From: the human T2T-CHM13v2.0 reference genome, Homo sapiens
Assembly: GCF_009914755.1 (NCBI RefSeq)
Contig: NC_060930.1
Reading direction: 5' to 3' (one strand)
Length of the DNA: 64,000 nt
Each line of letters opens with the position of its first letter. Position 1 is the first letter of the stretch. The position numbers were made by a program, and so were the translations under genes. The notes under the pieces are model-generated. The model made no database searches. It saw only the letters and a list, made by a program, of their open reading frames with translations, and was not told the origin of the DNA. Positions 1 through 16,929 of this stretch are shown here, one piece after another.

Positions 1-255
1 AGCATCATAAAGAAATAGCTGTAAACAAGAACAATATTCCAGCCTGAATCATGAATTATAAATTTACAAATTGATTTTCTTACGCTTCTCCATTGACTTG
101 AACCTTAAAAACATGGCATTGACTGAGTAGGTTCTCTGTTGTGTATGATGATGAGAAAGAAGCTTGAAAGGACTGACATGACAAAAAATGTTGCAATGCA
201 TTTATCTTAACAAGAACTATTGATGGGGGAATCTACTTACTCTCCATTTTTCTAG

Positions 256-303
256 CCGATCCAATTATTGGAACCCTTTCATTATACTAAGCCATAATAT
301 ATG
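256..303 (+). other. Candidate 48-nt internal exon, host gene unknown
   Basis: Branch-like ctacttac and pyrimidine tract tctccatttttctAG before 256; donor ATG|gtatgt at 303/304. Length is divisible by 3 and only one frame is open (RSNYWNPFIILSHNI). Non-repetitive; protein not recognised. Confidence 0.25.
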
Positions 304-1574
304 GTATGTTCTAAGAGATTTTGTGAAGGCAAGAAAAAAACCGTAAGAAGTAAGAATAAGCCAAAAATTTATCTATTTTTGTCTTTGCAAAAATTATAGA
401 CACAAGTAGTGCTTAAAAATTGTCTTTCTAATGCTTCCTGTAAGAAATGTGGCTTTCCATTATTTTGTCCCTTTATAGTCATGTCATTTACTCACCCCTT
501 CATTTTTTTACTATTTCAAGTATGGATTGAATTCTTAGTACAAAACCACATAGAATGCTATGTTCTGACTATTCAATGATGAATAAGTAACAATAGCTTC
601 TTTCAATACATTTATAAACTAGTGGAGAAAAATAGACGAGAAAATCAATTATTGCAGCAAAAAGTAAAAACTGCTAACATCAGAGAAATGTACAGTGAGA
701 AGAGAGGAGAAGTTTTTTTTCAGACTGTGTGTTAGTGAAAGGAAAGTATATCATAAAACATTTCCACAAGGACATCATATAAGCTAAGTAATTATTCTAC
801 ATTATTTTTGAAAATTATTTTCCTAAATATCTATCGTGGAAGAGAATATTGGTGTGTAGAGTTCAGTCATGGGGTGGGATAAAGTTGAGGGAAAGAAAAA
901 AAATTGTATGTGTGTTAGGAATTTCACCCCAGGTCTCAAAAAATATAATATGGGGAAAAACTCAAACTTTAAAAGTAGGCTAAAATACAGGTCATGAAGT
1001 AAAATGAGCAAAGCAGTGTTTTGCCTGTGAGTTGTCAGCTCCCCAGTCCTGAGATAAAAATATTTAAAATCCATACATATTAAATTACTGTTTTAACTTA
1101 CATCTAGCAATTTTTATTTATTGATTTAGACATTTGAATCAAAGCAAAAATTTTAAACTTTTGTTCACAAAACCATCTCACACTCCCAGGTGTTGACTTT
1201 TATTCTCGAAAACTCTTCTCCTTCAAATTAATTCCAAGATATAATCTCAACTGAGAGACACAAAATATATAGGCAATGTCATTTTAAAGATCTGTTGAGT
1301 GTTTTTGTTCTGATATTTTGTGGTAGGGCTTACTTAATGACATTTGTTTTATGCCATTAATAAATTATAAGTCTAGGCTTTGCAATCCAATATTACACAT
1401 AGAGGAACAAGTGGATTTCAGACATGTTTATTCCTTTCTTAATCTCTTTCCTCATTCTTTTTTGTTGGTTGAAGAGTGACAAAGATTGTAAACAATCAAT
1501 TGGCATCTTTCAAGCTTTAGAATATAGAAAAGTGTGGTTGTGTACTAGATACCCTGCTAAGCATTTTTAAAGCT

Positions 1575-1745
1575 ATATATTTATCACTAAGGAGGTGGTA
1601 ACATTATTTTTTCCTGTATTACATATGATGAAACTGAAATTTTGAATTGTTGAGTAACTTAACCAAGGTCATATAGTTAATAAATTGCAGAATTTAAATT
1701 ACTTTTTGGTTCTATCTGACTCTAGGGCCCATACTCTAAAATATC
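1575..1745 (-). mobile_element. MIR SINE remnant
   Basis: gatgaaactgaa...gtaacttaaccaaggtcatatag...tctgactctagggcc matches the reverse complement of the MIR core. Confidence 0.6.
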
Positions 1746-1949
1746 ATGCATTAGTGCATGCTGCACCTGCAACTTACCAAGACCTTATGCCCAGGGGAGG
1801 GAGGGAATATCTCTTTGTATAGATGTACATTCTGAGAAAAAATTATAAAATTAGTGAATCTTCTTATTTTTCTTATTTTCTTGTTTCTGTGTCTTTGTGT
1901 GTATGCTTATTGGTCTTTCTATTTCATTGTTTTTGCATCTTTTCCTGAG

Positions 1950-2060
1950 TATCTTTTTCTTTTCCCTCCCTCCTTCGCTCCCTCCCTTCCTTCCTTCCTT
2001 CCTTCCCTTTCTTTCTTTGTCATGCTGTCTAATGTTCTTTCTTTCTCTCTCGCTCTGTCT
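1950..2060. repeat. CT-rich / (CCTT)n low-complexity tract
   Basis: tttccctccctccttcgctccctcccttccttccttccttcc...; explains the overlapping spurious ORFs at 1851-2188. Confidence 0.85.
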
Positions 2061-2524
2061 TTTGTGCATGCACACGTCATGATGTTTGGATCATGCCGCT
2101 TTATATTTAATAAAATCACATAAAGGAAAATAAATGAAGGAAAAAATGCATCATTCAATTCTCCAGTTTTCCAAACTAAGCAATTCATGAAAACTTATGA
2201 TAGCAAAGAATGTTTGTTTAATCTTATGTATTTCTTTCCCTGTCAAAAGAATTTGAAATGATATCACCATTAGACAAAGTCAACTTAAAACGCAAAGGAG
2301 GAAAAGTAAAATTATAAGATCCAATTAATTCATTTCCAATGGAGTTTCAAATAAATATAGTTTGTATTTAAGCAAATTCGCTACTTATTTGAATTGTACA
2401 ACTGCAATATCCACTGGTTTATTAAAAGGAGACATGGGATAATCTACACATAAAAAATGTTTCTGAAACCCATAGACCTTTAGAAAAAAATATTTCAAAC
2501 ACTGACTAGAAATCATTCCAAAGC

Positions 2525-2765
2525 CCTGGTGTTCTGCATCACTGTAGGGTGAACATGATTAACTACACTTTATTTTATATTTTGAAAAACTAGAAGGGAG
2601 TATTTTGAATGTTTACAACACAAAGTAATGATAAATGTATGAGGTGATGAATATACTAATTATTCTGATTTGATCGTTACACATGGAATACATGTATTGA
2701 AATATTGCTCTGTATCCTATAAATATGTACAATTATTACATGACAACTGAAAATGAAAGGAAAAC
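2525..2765 (+). mobile_element. L1MA-type 3' end fragment
   Basis: gataaatgtatgaggtgatgaatatactaattattctgatttgatc...ctgtatcctataaatatgtacaattatta is typical of L1MA 3'UTR termini. Confidence 0.7.
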
Positions 2766-3427
2766 ATATAACTAAATAAAGAGAAATTATTCTAACGTTA
2801 AAATGTAACAGATATAAATCATTTTGAGAAAAAAATCTTTATCTATAAAAGCTGTGTAGTGAATAGTTGCTTGTTTCATGTGAATTAAAAAGTCCTGTTC
2901 TAGGAAAACTCAATTAATGATTGAACCATTGTGGAGGTCCATTTCGGAAGTTCTGATAAATAAAATAACATCACTTTCTTTAAGTGACTGCTAGTAAGAA
3001 GAGCCTTGCCAGTGGGAGCAAATGCCTATTTTCTTCTCGTTGTTCACAAGGAGAACGGATGTTTTAGAAAAGATCAATGGATTACTTTGCACATAACCAT
3101 AATGTAGCTGCTCCAACAAGAATTTTGGGAAATCAGAGTTCTGTTTCTTTCTTTTTTATTATTATGTTTTCAGATCACAGTTTTAATAAGAACATGTCAG
3201 AATATGTACTACATATAATTGTATGTTATATGAACAAATTAAAAAGCATTTGGAATAATTACTCAACACAGAACAATTTTGTATTATAAAAATAAAAATT
3301 TAGATTCCACTCAAAATAGAAAAATACAGTCCAAAGAAATCAAAATTGTTTAAATGCTGTCTCACTTTTAATAGTGTTTATTCTTTGTAAAATATTTTAT
3401 AAAATACCTTAAAATTCAAAAAGTTCA

Positions 3428-3752
3428 GCATATACACTATCGAATACTATGCAGCCATAAAAAAAGAATGAGTTCATGTTCCTGGTAGATACATGGACAG
3501 AGCTGGAGGCCATTATCCTTAGCAAACTAATGCAGGAACACAAAACCAAATACCGCATGTTCTCACATAGTGAGAGCTAAAAGATGAGAACACATGAACA
3601 CATAGAAGGGAACAATACACACTGGGGACTTTCAGAGGATGGAGGGGAGGAGGAGGGAGAAATAATCTGTACAACGAACCCCATGACACAAGTTTACCTA
3701 TGTAACAAACCTGCAATTGTACCCTTGAACTTAAAATAAAAGTTAAAAAAAC
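3428..3752 (+). mobile_element. Older L1PA (about PA13-16) 3' end, 5'-truncated
   Basis: gaatactatgcagccataaaaaaagaatgag...aaacctgca...gaacttaaaataaaagttaaaaaa; imperfect TSD aaaaagttcagc/aaaaacttcaac. It lacks ~50 bp that is present in the copy at 10470-10530. Confidence 0.9.
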
Positions 3753-4181
3753 TTCAACTTTTAATATTTATGTTGAACAAAAGCCATGATAATCATGAGC
3801 AATATATATTTTGGAAAGCTTATAATGAATCCCCTGGAAATAAAATTAGGACAATCATATGGATTTTTTTCCTAAAGCCATTTTTTAACCGAATATTCAT
3901 TATTTTGGGCAGTGAAAATATGACCCTGAAAGGAGAAATAAAATTGCAGTAATTTATGCACACTATTTTCATTTTCTCATTTAACAAGTCGTGTAGATTT
4001 GGTGATATGGTGAGATTTGAGCTTATTCTCTCTGCTTAAACATAAAGTTTATCATTATTCATGTTTTTATAACTGCCAAAAGACAACTAAACAAGATTTA
4101 AGCAAAACTCATGAACAAAATTTATAAAAAGGAACACTAAATGCTCACTGTCATGACTAACAATAGAATTTGGAACATACA

Positions 4182-4497
<316 letters not shown>

Positions 4498-4813
4498 TTA
4501 TACATGTATATCCTCAAAATTTGCTTTTTATAAAAATTTATTTATACTCAAATAAATTATAAGTTCAGTTTAATTACCTATTATAGTAAAACAAAAGAAG
4601 AAGTCAGAAATTTCTTAACATTTAATAAACTGACTTATCTTTTAAATATTTTCATGTGTGTATAATTAAACTGACTTAAATCTTGTTAGGTAAAGAGCTC
4701 TTTCATTTGAAAACCACAGACCTGGGATTTCCACTTGTTGCCCAGCTGCATTTGCCGCTAATTAATGACTCAGACCATAGACTGAGAATGAAGACCTCCT
4801 AGACCCTCCTTAG

Positions 4814-5230
<417 letters not shown>

Positions 5231-5608
5231 TAGGAGTATTTACTCCCTTCATGATTACACCTGTTTTTAAGATTCACAAATGGAAGGGTGGCACTTCTCG
5301 AAATTAGAACATGTTTACTGGGGACCAGATTGGGCAGTAATTTAAGTTTACAACTCATCGCAGGAAGGGTTATTCCTTGATGCTCATGACAAACTTTGGT
5401 CTCAAGTTAAGTTTTCTGTTTGGTTCCATCTCACTTAAGATAAATTTCCTCAATGCCCGACTATAAAGATTGATTACTTAAACTATGGATTATCCACATA
5501 ATTGTATTTTCAATGTATATGATGGTAATGAGTTATTAGAGAGTCTCTATAGAGGATCAGTATTTTAAAGATAAATGTATGAATTTGTACTTTTAAGAGT
5601 TCTGAAAG

Positions 5609-6011
<403 letters not shown>

Positions 6012-7004
6012 TCATGCTTATTTATATGGTCTATTTTTCTGTAGTAGACTTGTATATCTTATATAATTAAAATAATTATTTAGCCATTTAGTAATTGATA
6101 CATGATGCAGCTACATAACAAGTTCAAAATTCTAAGTGAAAATATTTTTGTGGCATGAGAATTTATAAAAGTCTATTTTATTTTCACATAATGAAGGATG
6201 TTAGATAAAGAGCATTATCCCCAGAGATTAGTCACGTGTTGCAAACAAATTGTTTTGATAGTAAAGTAAGGAGTAAAGAAATGTGTACTCTCTAAAAAAT
6301 AAAGTTCTTATTTAAGCACCCTCAAAAAAAAAAAAAAAAAAAAAGATAAATTTCCTACCTGTCTGAAATCTTTATGTTCTAGAAGTTGGCATATCTTCCA
6401 TTAAATTTCTTTTATGAGTGTTTATGATCATGAAGAAAACCTAAAAATTAGTCCAAAAACTTCTTCATTAATATGCAAGGTGTATATGTTTTGACATCTC
6501 AGCGCCCTGACTCAATGGTTTAAATTTCTTTTATGGACAAACAATTTTTTGTCTCTCCACTCTGAACACCCACTGTACTTACTTGTATATGGCTTCCTTC
6601 TTTATATATCTTATGACATTTGCTGGATAAAAAAATTCTTTCCTATCTTTCTGTCAAAAACTGCACCCTATTAAATATCACCTTATTAGTAGAAAGTGAA
6701 TTGCACTTTTCCATTAGTATGATAATAGGAAATAGAATGGGTATTGAAAGTCCTAGATTGTGATCTAGATTCCTCAATTAATTATCTATGTGAGTGGACA
6801 AATTGTTTGTCATATTTGATCCTCATTGAGTAATAAAAATTTTGAAATGGTTTTGTTTTTAGATTTTATCAAATATATGTATTAAGTAACACTCTTTATT
6901 CAGCTTTACTTTTATAATTCTGTGACAGGCCCAGATCTAAAAAAGAATGAAATATCTAATATCTTTAGCATTAACAGTAAGAGAAAAGTGAGGAACTCTG
7001 GGGG

Positions 7005-7090
7005 TGTATTAGGGCTCTCCACAGAAGTAGGACCAAAAGGCTATATAAAGATAGCTAGACATAGATGTATATATAAATATAAATATAGAC
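7005..7090 (-). mobile_element. MLT2 (ERVL LTR) terminal fragment
   Basis: tgtattagggctctccacagaagtaggaccaaaagg followed by a TA-rich tract resembles the MLT2 end (tgtattagggttctccagagaaacagaaccaatagg). Confidence 0.55.
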
Positions 7091-7267
7091 ACAGGCATAT
7101 CTCAGAGATATTGGGGGTTCAGTTCCAGACCGTCACAATAAAAGTGAATATAACAACAAAGCATGTAAAACAATGTTTTAGTTTGCCAGTCATATAAAAG
7201 TTATGCTTACACTATACTGCAGTGTATTATGTGTGCGATAGCATTGTCTACACAAATTTGCATACCT
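7091..7267 (-). mobile_element. Tigger1 (TcMar DNA transposon) terminal fragment
   Basis: caggcatatctcagagatattgggggttcagttccagacc...catataaaagttatgcttacactatactg matches the Tigger TIR-bearing end. Confidence 0.75.
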
Positions 7268-10200
7268 GCAGAAATTTAACTTTACTACATTTTTCTCATT
7301 GCCACATAGCATGTACTCTAAAATTGATCACAGAATTGGACATAAAACAATCCTCAGCAAATGCAAAAAATAAAATAAAATAAAATCATACCAACCACTC
7401 CCTCAAACCACAGCAGAATTAAAATATAAGCCAATGCTAAGACTTTTTGTAACCACAGAATTACATGAAAATTAAACAGCCTACTCCTGAATGACTTTTG
7501 GGTAAACAATGAAATTAAGACAAAAGTCAAGAAATTCCTTGAAAATAATGGGAACAAAGATACAACATACCAAAATCTTTGGGACACAGATAAATCAGTG
7601 TTAAGCAGGAAGTTTATAGCACTAAATGCCTATAACAAAAAGCTGCAAAGATGTCAAATTAATAACTTAACATCACATGTAGAGGAACCAGGAAACAAGA
7701 GCAAACCAACCTCAAAGCTAGAAGAACAAGAAATAACCAAAATCAGAGCTGAACTAAAGGAGGTTGAGACATTAAAAACCATTCAAAAGATCAGTGAATC
7801 CAGGAGCTAATTTTTTGAAATAAAATAATAGACCATTAACTAGACTAATAAAAAAGAATAGAGAAGACACAAATAAACACAATTAGAAATGACAACGGGG
7901 ATATTACTACTGACCCCACAGAAATACAAATAGCCATAAGAGACTGCTTTAAACACTTCCATGCACACAAACTAGAAAATCTAGAATAAATGGATAAATT
8001 CCTGGATAGACACACTCTCCCAAGATTGAATCAGGAAGAAACTGAATCCCTGAACAGATGAATAATGAGCTCCAAAATTGAATCGGTAACAAACAGCCTA
8101 CCAACCAAAAAAAAAAAAAAAAAAAGCCCAAGACCAGATAGATTGATTCACAGCCAGACTTTATCAGATGTACTAAGAAGAGCTGGTACCATTCCTAATG
8201 AAACTATTCCAAAAAATTGAGGAGGAGTGTCTCCTCCCAACCTCATTCTATGAGGGCAGCATCATCCTGATAGCAAAATCTGGCAGAGACCCAACCAAAA
8301 AAAAAAAAGAAATGTTCAGGCCAATAACCTTGATGAACACTGATGGAAAAAATACTCCATAAAATACTAGCAAACCAAATCCAGTAACACATCAAAAAAT
8401 TAATACACCATGACCAAGTAGACTTTATTCCTGGGATGCAAGCTTGGTTTAACGTATATGAGTCAATAAATGTGATTCATCACATAAACAGAACTAAAGA
8501 CAAAAACCACATGATCATCTCAATAGATTTAGAAAAGTCTTTTGATACAATTCGACATCCCTTAATGTTAAAAACTCCTAACAAACTAGGTATAGAAGGA
8601 AAATACCTCAAAGTAATAAGACACATCTATGACAAACCCACAGCCAACATCATACTGAATGGGCAAAACCTGGAAGCATTCCCATTGAAAACTGGCACAA
8701 GACAAGGATGACCTTTCTCACCACTCCTGTTCAACATAATATTGGAAGTCCTAGACAGAGCAATCAGGCATGAGAAAGAAATAAAGGGCATCCAAACAAG
8801 AATAGAGACAGAAAATATCCCTGTTTGCAGCCAATATGATTCTATATCTAGAAAATCCCATAGTCTTGGCTCAAAAGCTGCTTCAGCTGATAAACAACTT
8901 CAGCAAAATTTCAGGATACAAAATCAACATACAAAAATCGGTAACTTTCCTATATATCCTAATAACAACCAAGCTAAGAGCCAAATAAGAAACATAATTT
9001 CATTCGTAATAGCCACAAAAAGAATAAAATACCTAGGAATACAGATAACAAGGGAGGTGGAAGATCTCTACAATGAGAATTACAAAACACTGCTCAAAGA
9101 AATTAGGGATGCAGCAAGCAAATAGAAAAAGATCTCATGCTCATCGATAGGAAGAATCAATGTTACCAAAATGGTCATACTGCCCAAAGCAATTTACAGA
9201 TTCAATGTTATTTCTATCAAATGTCCAGTGACATTCATTACAGAACTAAAAAAAAAATTTAAAAATTTACATGAAACCAAAAAAGATCCCAAATATCCAA
9301 AGCAATTCTAAGAAATAGGAACAAAGCTGGAGGCATCATGCTAGCTGTCTTCAAACTATACCACAGGGCAACAGTAACAAAAACAGCGTGGTACTGGTAC
9401 AAAGACAGACACACAAACCAATGGAACAGAATACAGAGCCCAGAATTAAGGTTGCAAACTTACAACCGTCTGATTTTTGACCAAGCCTACAAAAACAACC
9501 AATGCAGGAAGACTCTCCATTCAATAAACGGTGCTCGGATAGCTAGCTAGCAAAATGAAGAAGATTGAAACTGGACACCTTCCTTATACCATATACAAAA
9601 AAAAAAAAAACAAAAAAAAAACCTTAAAATGGATTGAAGATTTATATGTAAAACTCAAAACTATAAAAACCCTGGAAGACAACCTAGGTGATACCACTCG
9701 GGACATAGGACTAGGCAAAAATTTCATGACAAAGACTCCAAAAGCTATTGCAACAAAAGCAATAATTGAGAGACAGGATCTAATTAAACTTTAGAACTTC
9801 TACACATCAAAAAAAAAAAAAAGCTACCAACGAAGTAATCAGACAGCCTACAAAATGGGAGAAAATATTTCCAAATTATGCATCTGACAGAAGTCTAATA
9901 TTCTACATCTATAAGGAACTTAAAATGGCTATTATTAAAATATCAAAAAATAATCGGTGCTGATGAGGTTGCAGAGAAAAGGGAACATTTATACATTGTT
10001 GGTGGGAGTGTAAATTAGTTCAGCCATTATGAAAAGCAGTGTGGCAATTCCTCAAAGAACTAAAAACAGAAATACCATTTGACCAAAAAATCCCATTACT
10101 GGGCATATACCCAAAATAATACAAACGGTTCTATTCTAAAGACACATGCACACATATGTTCATTGCAGCACTACTCAAAATAACAAAGACATGGAATCAA

Positions 10201-10618
10201 CCTAAATACCCTTCATTGGTAGACTGGATTAAAAAATGTGATAGTATACATGGTGGAATATTACGCAGTCATAAAAAAATAAGATCGTGTCCTTTGCAGG
10301 AACATGGATGGACCTAGAGGCCATTATCCTTAGCAAAATAATGCAGGAACCAAAAACCAAATACAACATGTTCTCACTTATAAGTGGGAGCTAAATGATG
10401 AGAACACATGACTAAATAGAGGGGAACAAAGACACTGGGGCCTATCAAAGGGTAGACGGTGAGAGGAGGGAGAGAATCAGAAAAAAATAACTATTGGGTA
10501 CTTGGCTTAGTACCTGAGTGATGAAATAATCTGTACAGAAAACACCTGTGACAGGAGTTTACCTATATAACAAACATGAACATGTACTACCAAACCTAAA
10601 ATAAAAGTTTAAAAAAGG
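7268..10618 (+). mobile_element. L1PA (about PA13-15), 5'-truncated, ORF2 plus 3'UTR, decayed
   Basis: ORF2 peptides in the track ([36 protein letters not shown]); 3'UTR and A tail near 10600; ~190-bp internal deletion near 9922. Confidence 0.95.
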
Positions 10619-10649
10619 AAATTTTAAAAACATTCTCTAAAATTTCATA

Positions 10650-11350
10650 CTACAATAAAAACATACTATAAAATAAGAAAATAAAGGATGCAATTTTGAG
10701 TGTTGTTCTTGAGACATTTCAAATTAAATATTCAATTAAAGATTTTGAAGAAAAATTCCAGAATGCCTCTCCAAAAATATCCCCAAGAGAAATATTTTAG
10801 TAGTAGAAATGAAAAGAAGCAAAATTAGTAACCAGTAAAAAAGAGGTTCAATATTAAAATGTTTTTAAAAAGACAAATAAGAAAGTAGTCAGAGGAAAAT
10901 ATCAGAAAATAAAATCACAAGAACATTTATCACAACTGAAAGTGCCTATGAAATAACTATGAAATAAGGGAAAATAACTCCCATCAAAGTTACATCATTA
11001 TGACATGTACAACACCAGTAGTAAAGGAAAACCTAAACACTTCCAATAGGAAAAAAGTTGAAGTAATATGAAAAGAAGTGGGAATAAGAATAGTACCCAA
11101 ATAGTCAACAGATACTACAGTTGAAAAGCTGGGATATACGTGCCTTCAAAAATATGGAAGAAAATAATTTTCAATCTAGAAATCTATAGCCTGTCAGATC
11201 ATCATTCAAATATTATTCTTGTAGAATTAAGATATTTCTCAGGTTCAAGGACTCAGAAAACATGTCTTCCATTTACTGTTTACTAGAGACAGAGAGAAGT
11301 GTGCAAATGATAAACAAAACAAAAAAGTTGAAAGGGAAAAAAATTAAAAA
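10650..11350 (+). mobile_element. Ancient L1M/HAL1 ORF1-like remnant
   Basis: A-rich; tgccttcaaaaatatggaagaaaataattttcaatctagaaatctatagcc resembles the old L1 ORF1 C-terminal region. Confidence 0.4.
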
Positions 11351-11501
11351 TTTTGTTATAGTATTGGGCTTAACAATGAAAGATCTATATAGTCAAAATA
11401 AAATAAATACTGACTATTTAAACAAAAATATAATATAAACATCAGGTGTATTGGGAAGTAAAGAGGAGTGGTACATGATATCTAAATTCTTAATAATTAT
11501 C

Positions 11502-14225
<2,724 letters not shown>

Positions 14226-14302
14226 ATTATTACATAATGACATCTATAGATTTTATCTGAAAGTTAATAAGAACTATTGTTATTCAAGTTATTTAGATAA
14301 AC

Positions 14303-14615
14303 CTTTGTTTTTCTTTTTCTTTTTTTTTTTTTTTCTGGAGACAGAGTCTTGTTTTGTTGCCCAGGCTGAAGTGCAGTAGCACAATCTCGGCTCACTGCAG
14401 CCTCCGCCTCCTGGCTTCAAGTGATTCTTCTGCCTCAGCCTGCTGAGGAGCTGGGATTACAGGCATGTGCCACCATGCCCTGCTATTTTTTTGTATTTTT
14501 AGTAGAGACAAGGTTTCACCATTTTAATCAGGCTGGTCTCAAACTGAGCTCAGGCAATCTGCCCACTTCAGCCTCCCAAAGTGCTAAGATTACAGGTGTG
14601 AGTGACCGTGCCCAG
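14303..14615 (-). mobile_element. Alu (AluS-type)
   Basis: Reverse Alu; TSD tttagataaa at ~14292 and ~14616. Confidence 0.95.
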
Positions 14616-14839
14616 TTTAGATAAATTTTTTAGTAGTAATTGGCTTTAAAAATATTTTTATAATTTGGATGAAATTGAGAAATTATTTAAATATAAAAGA
14701 ATGACAAAATTAGTACCTTTGTGCATTTGTATTGAGCTTGTTAGCTATTAAAATTTGCTTAGAGTAAGCTGTCAATAAGGTATCCTTAGGATTGTTAAGA
14801 GATCTAAATGGTCAACAGTGAAGACTGAGTTGGTAAAAC

Positions 14840-15071
14840 CTTGGCTGGTCCTCTACAGTGATGTAAGTGAAACACTTACATCTGGCACAGAATTTAGGAT
14901 GGTGACAAAAACTCAGGAATCAAGATAATTGGAAAGCATAATTTTTTTAAAAAAATTGAAATTAATGCAAAAATCCATAGTGGAAAAATATCAGTAATTT
15001 ATATAAAGACAGGATCTAAATCTCTACTTGGCTCACTTGACTATACTCAGCTCACCCTAATTCCTTCCCTG
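14840..15071 (+). mobile_element. hAT-type MITE (MER96-like)
   Basis: aaaaactcaggaatcaagataa...aattaatgcaaaaatcca...taaagacaggatc and end ctcaccctaattccttccctg; approximate 8-bp flanking repeat gtaaaacc/agtaaacc. Confidence 0.45.
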
Positions 15072-15339
15072 AGTAAACCTAAACTTAACTGTCCTATTTC
15101 TTCCAAAGAATCAGTTTAATTTCCAAAGACAATAGCACTTTCTTTTCCTTTCAAGGTAGTAGACTGCAGAATGGAGTGTTGGGAAGAGCGATATTATTGG
15201 AATGAAGTTGTGGGTGGGGGTGTTCTATTTACAAATTTCAAACCAATACTTTCCTTTAGCTCAATCTCTTATTCTCATTCTTAACTGTAATCTCCTTCTT
15301 ATGGTTTGGAGCCTCTCTGTGATTTTTGTCAGGAAAAAT

Positions 15340-15838
15340 ATTATATTAGATAAGATAAAGTCTAAGCTGCTTTAACAAAGACACTCCAAAATACAATTCT
15401 TTAAATAAACAGAAACTAATTTATTTCTGACATAGAAGATAAGAAGTTTGTGTACAGTTCATGGCTGATAGGTGACTCCACTCCATGACATTCATAGACC
15501 CAAGCTGGTAGATTGATTTTGCTATACTTGGCATAAAATTTCTGTCTTGGAGACCAAGGCAACTCCTTTTTCCTGACAAAGTAAAGCAGAAAGAGGATAG
15601 AAAACAATAAACTTTCACTTTAAGATTGTAGTTGAGACATTTTACATGAAATTCTGCTTACATTTTATTGATCTGAACTTAGGCACATGGATGTATTTAG
15701 CCATAGGAAGGCTAAAATATGTAATTCCTAGCTGAGCCGTATTTCTTGTTAAAAATGAGAGGCTAGATGTCGAAGTGCTTTAATTTTCAAAAAGGAAGAA
15801 AAGCAGAAATACCAAGGGAAATTAGCAGTCTCTGCACA
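15340..15838 (-). mobile_element. Old MaLR/ERVL solo LTR (MLT1J/LTR33-like)
   Basis: tatattagataagataaagtctaagctgctttaacaaag...attagcagtctctgcaca has the layout of an old LTR. Confidence 0.45.
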
Positions 15839-16929
15839 GATGATAGTTCCTTCCTCAGGTGTATCAACTTTTGCATATTATTCTAAGTGAGATTTATTTT
15901 CTTCTACTCCATCAGTCAACACTCTTTTATCAGATTTTCTTCTTCCAAAAGTATGTAGAACTATCGTCCAACAATATTATGTCTTTCATTTACTCATTGT
16001 TAGTATACCATTAAAAAGTATCCCTTCTTGTCATTATATTGGATTATCATCATAAGGAAGAAAGAAATTTATATTCATAGTCTTTAAGCTTAAATTAGTT
16101 TGTAAAATCTATAATTCTTCCTTAAATCTCATTTTATGAAAAAATATTTATTCCATATTATTCAAATAAAATGGCTTTAATATATGTAATAATGAATGAA
16201 ATTAAAAGTGTGGGATTAATATTCACATTTTTATAAGCTCATTATAGTAAAAGGCAACATTGTTTGCACACTCTTGTGTATGTGCCTCAATGTTTATGAA
16301 TGGGGAAGAATTGAATGGGATAAGGTCAGAAAATTCAGGAAGGTGATTTTGACCAGATGTTGTGCTATTGCTGAAATTTTTCCATGTCTAAAATTTATTC
16401 TATCTGCAGTTAAATCTGGAATCTTAGAATAGAAAAATTGAACTATTTTAAAACTTGAAATTTTGTACATTAGAGATACTGTGAGATAGTTATAAATGGC
16501 AAGCAATTTTTACCTGATGAACTAAGATGTGCCATTAGGAAGCTTTCTCAATAAAATTTTCCTAGAGAGCTGGAAATTTCTACTAGCTTATTCATAAAAC
16601 CTCTCATCATGATTATAAGTGTTAATAATAGTACTTATAATTAATATGCATAATATGCTAATTTTGTATAAATTAACTCATGATTCTTACCAAATAAATT
16701 GCAACATATTTTCATACTATTATTGTTTTAGTTTCGAAGACATAAGAAAACAGGCACAGATATGTTAAATACATTACAGAAGATTATAAGGAAAGTCAGA
16801 ATAAGGAATAATACCAAGGTCTTCTCACAGAAAATGTCACTGCAAGCAGAGAAATGGTAAATTCACTTGTTAGAACAGAACCTATGTCCCATCCATCCAT
16901 CCATGTCTCTCTACCTGTAGGATAATGTC

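Noticed and set aside
1851-2188. Overlapping ORFs on both strands
   Set aside because: Caused by the stop-poor CT/GA low-complexity tract; likewise 62308-62571.
6323-6345. Orphan poly(A) runs (also 53338-53361) as retro-insertions
   Set aside because: No recognisable element body or TSD; treated as mononucleotide microsatellites.
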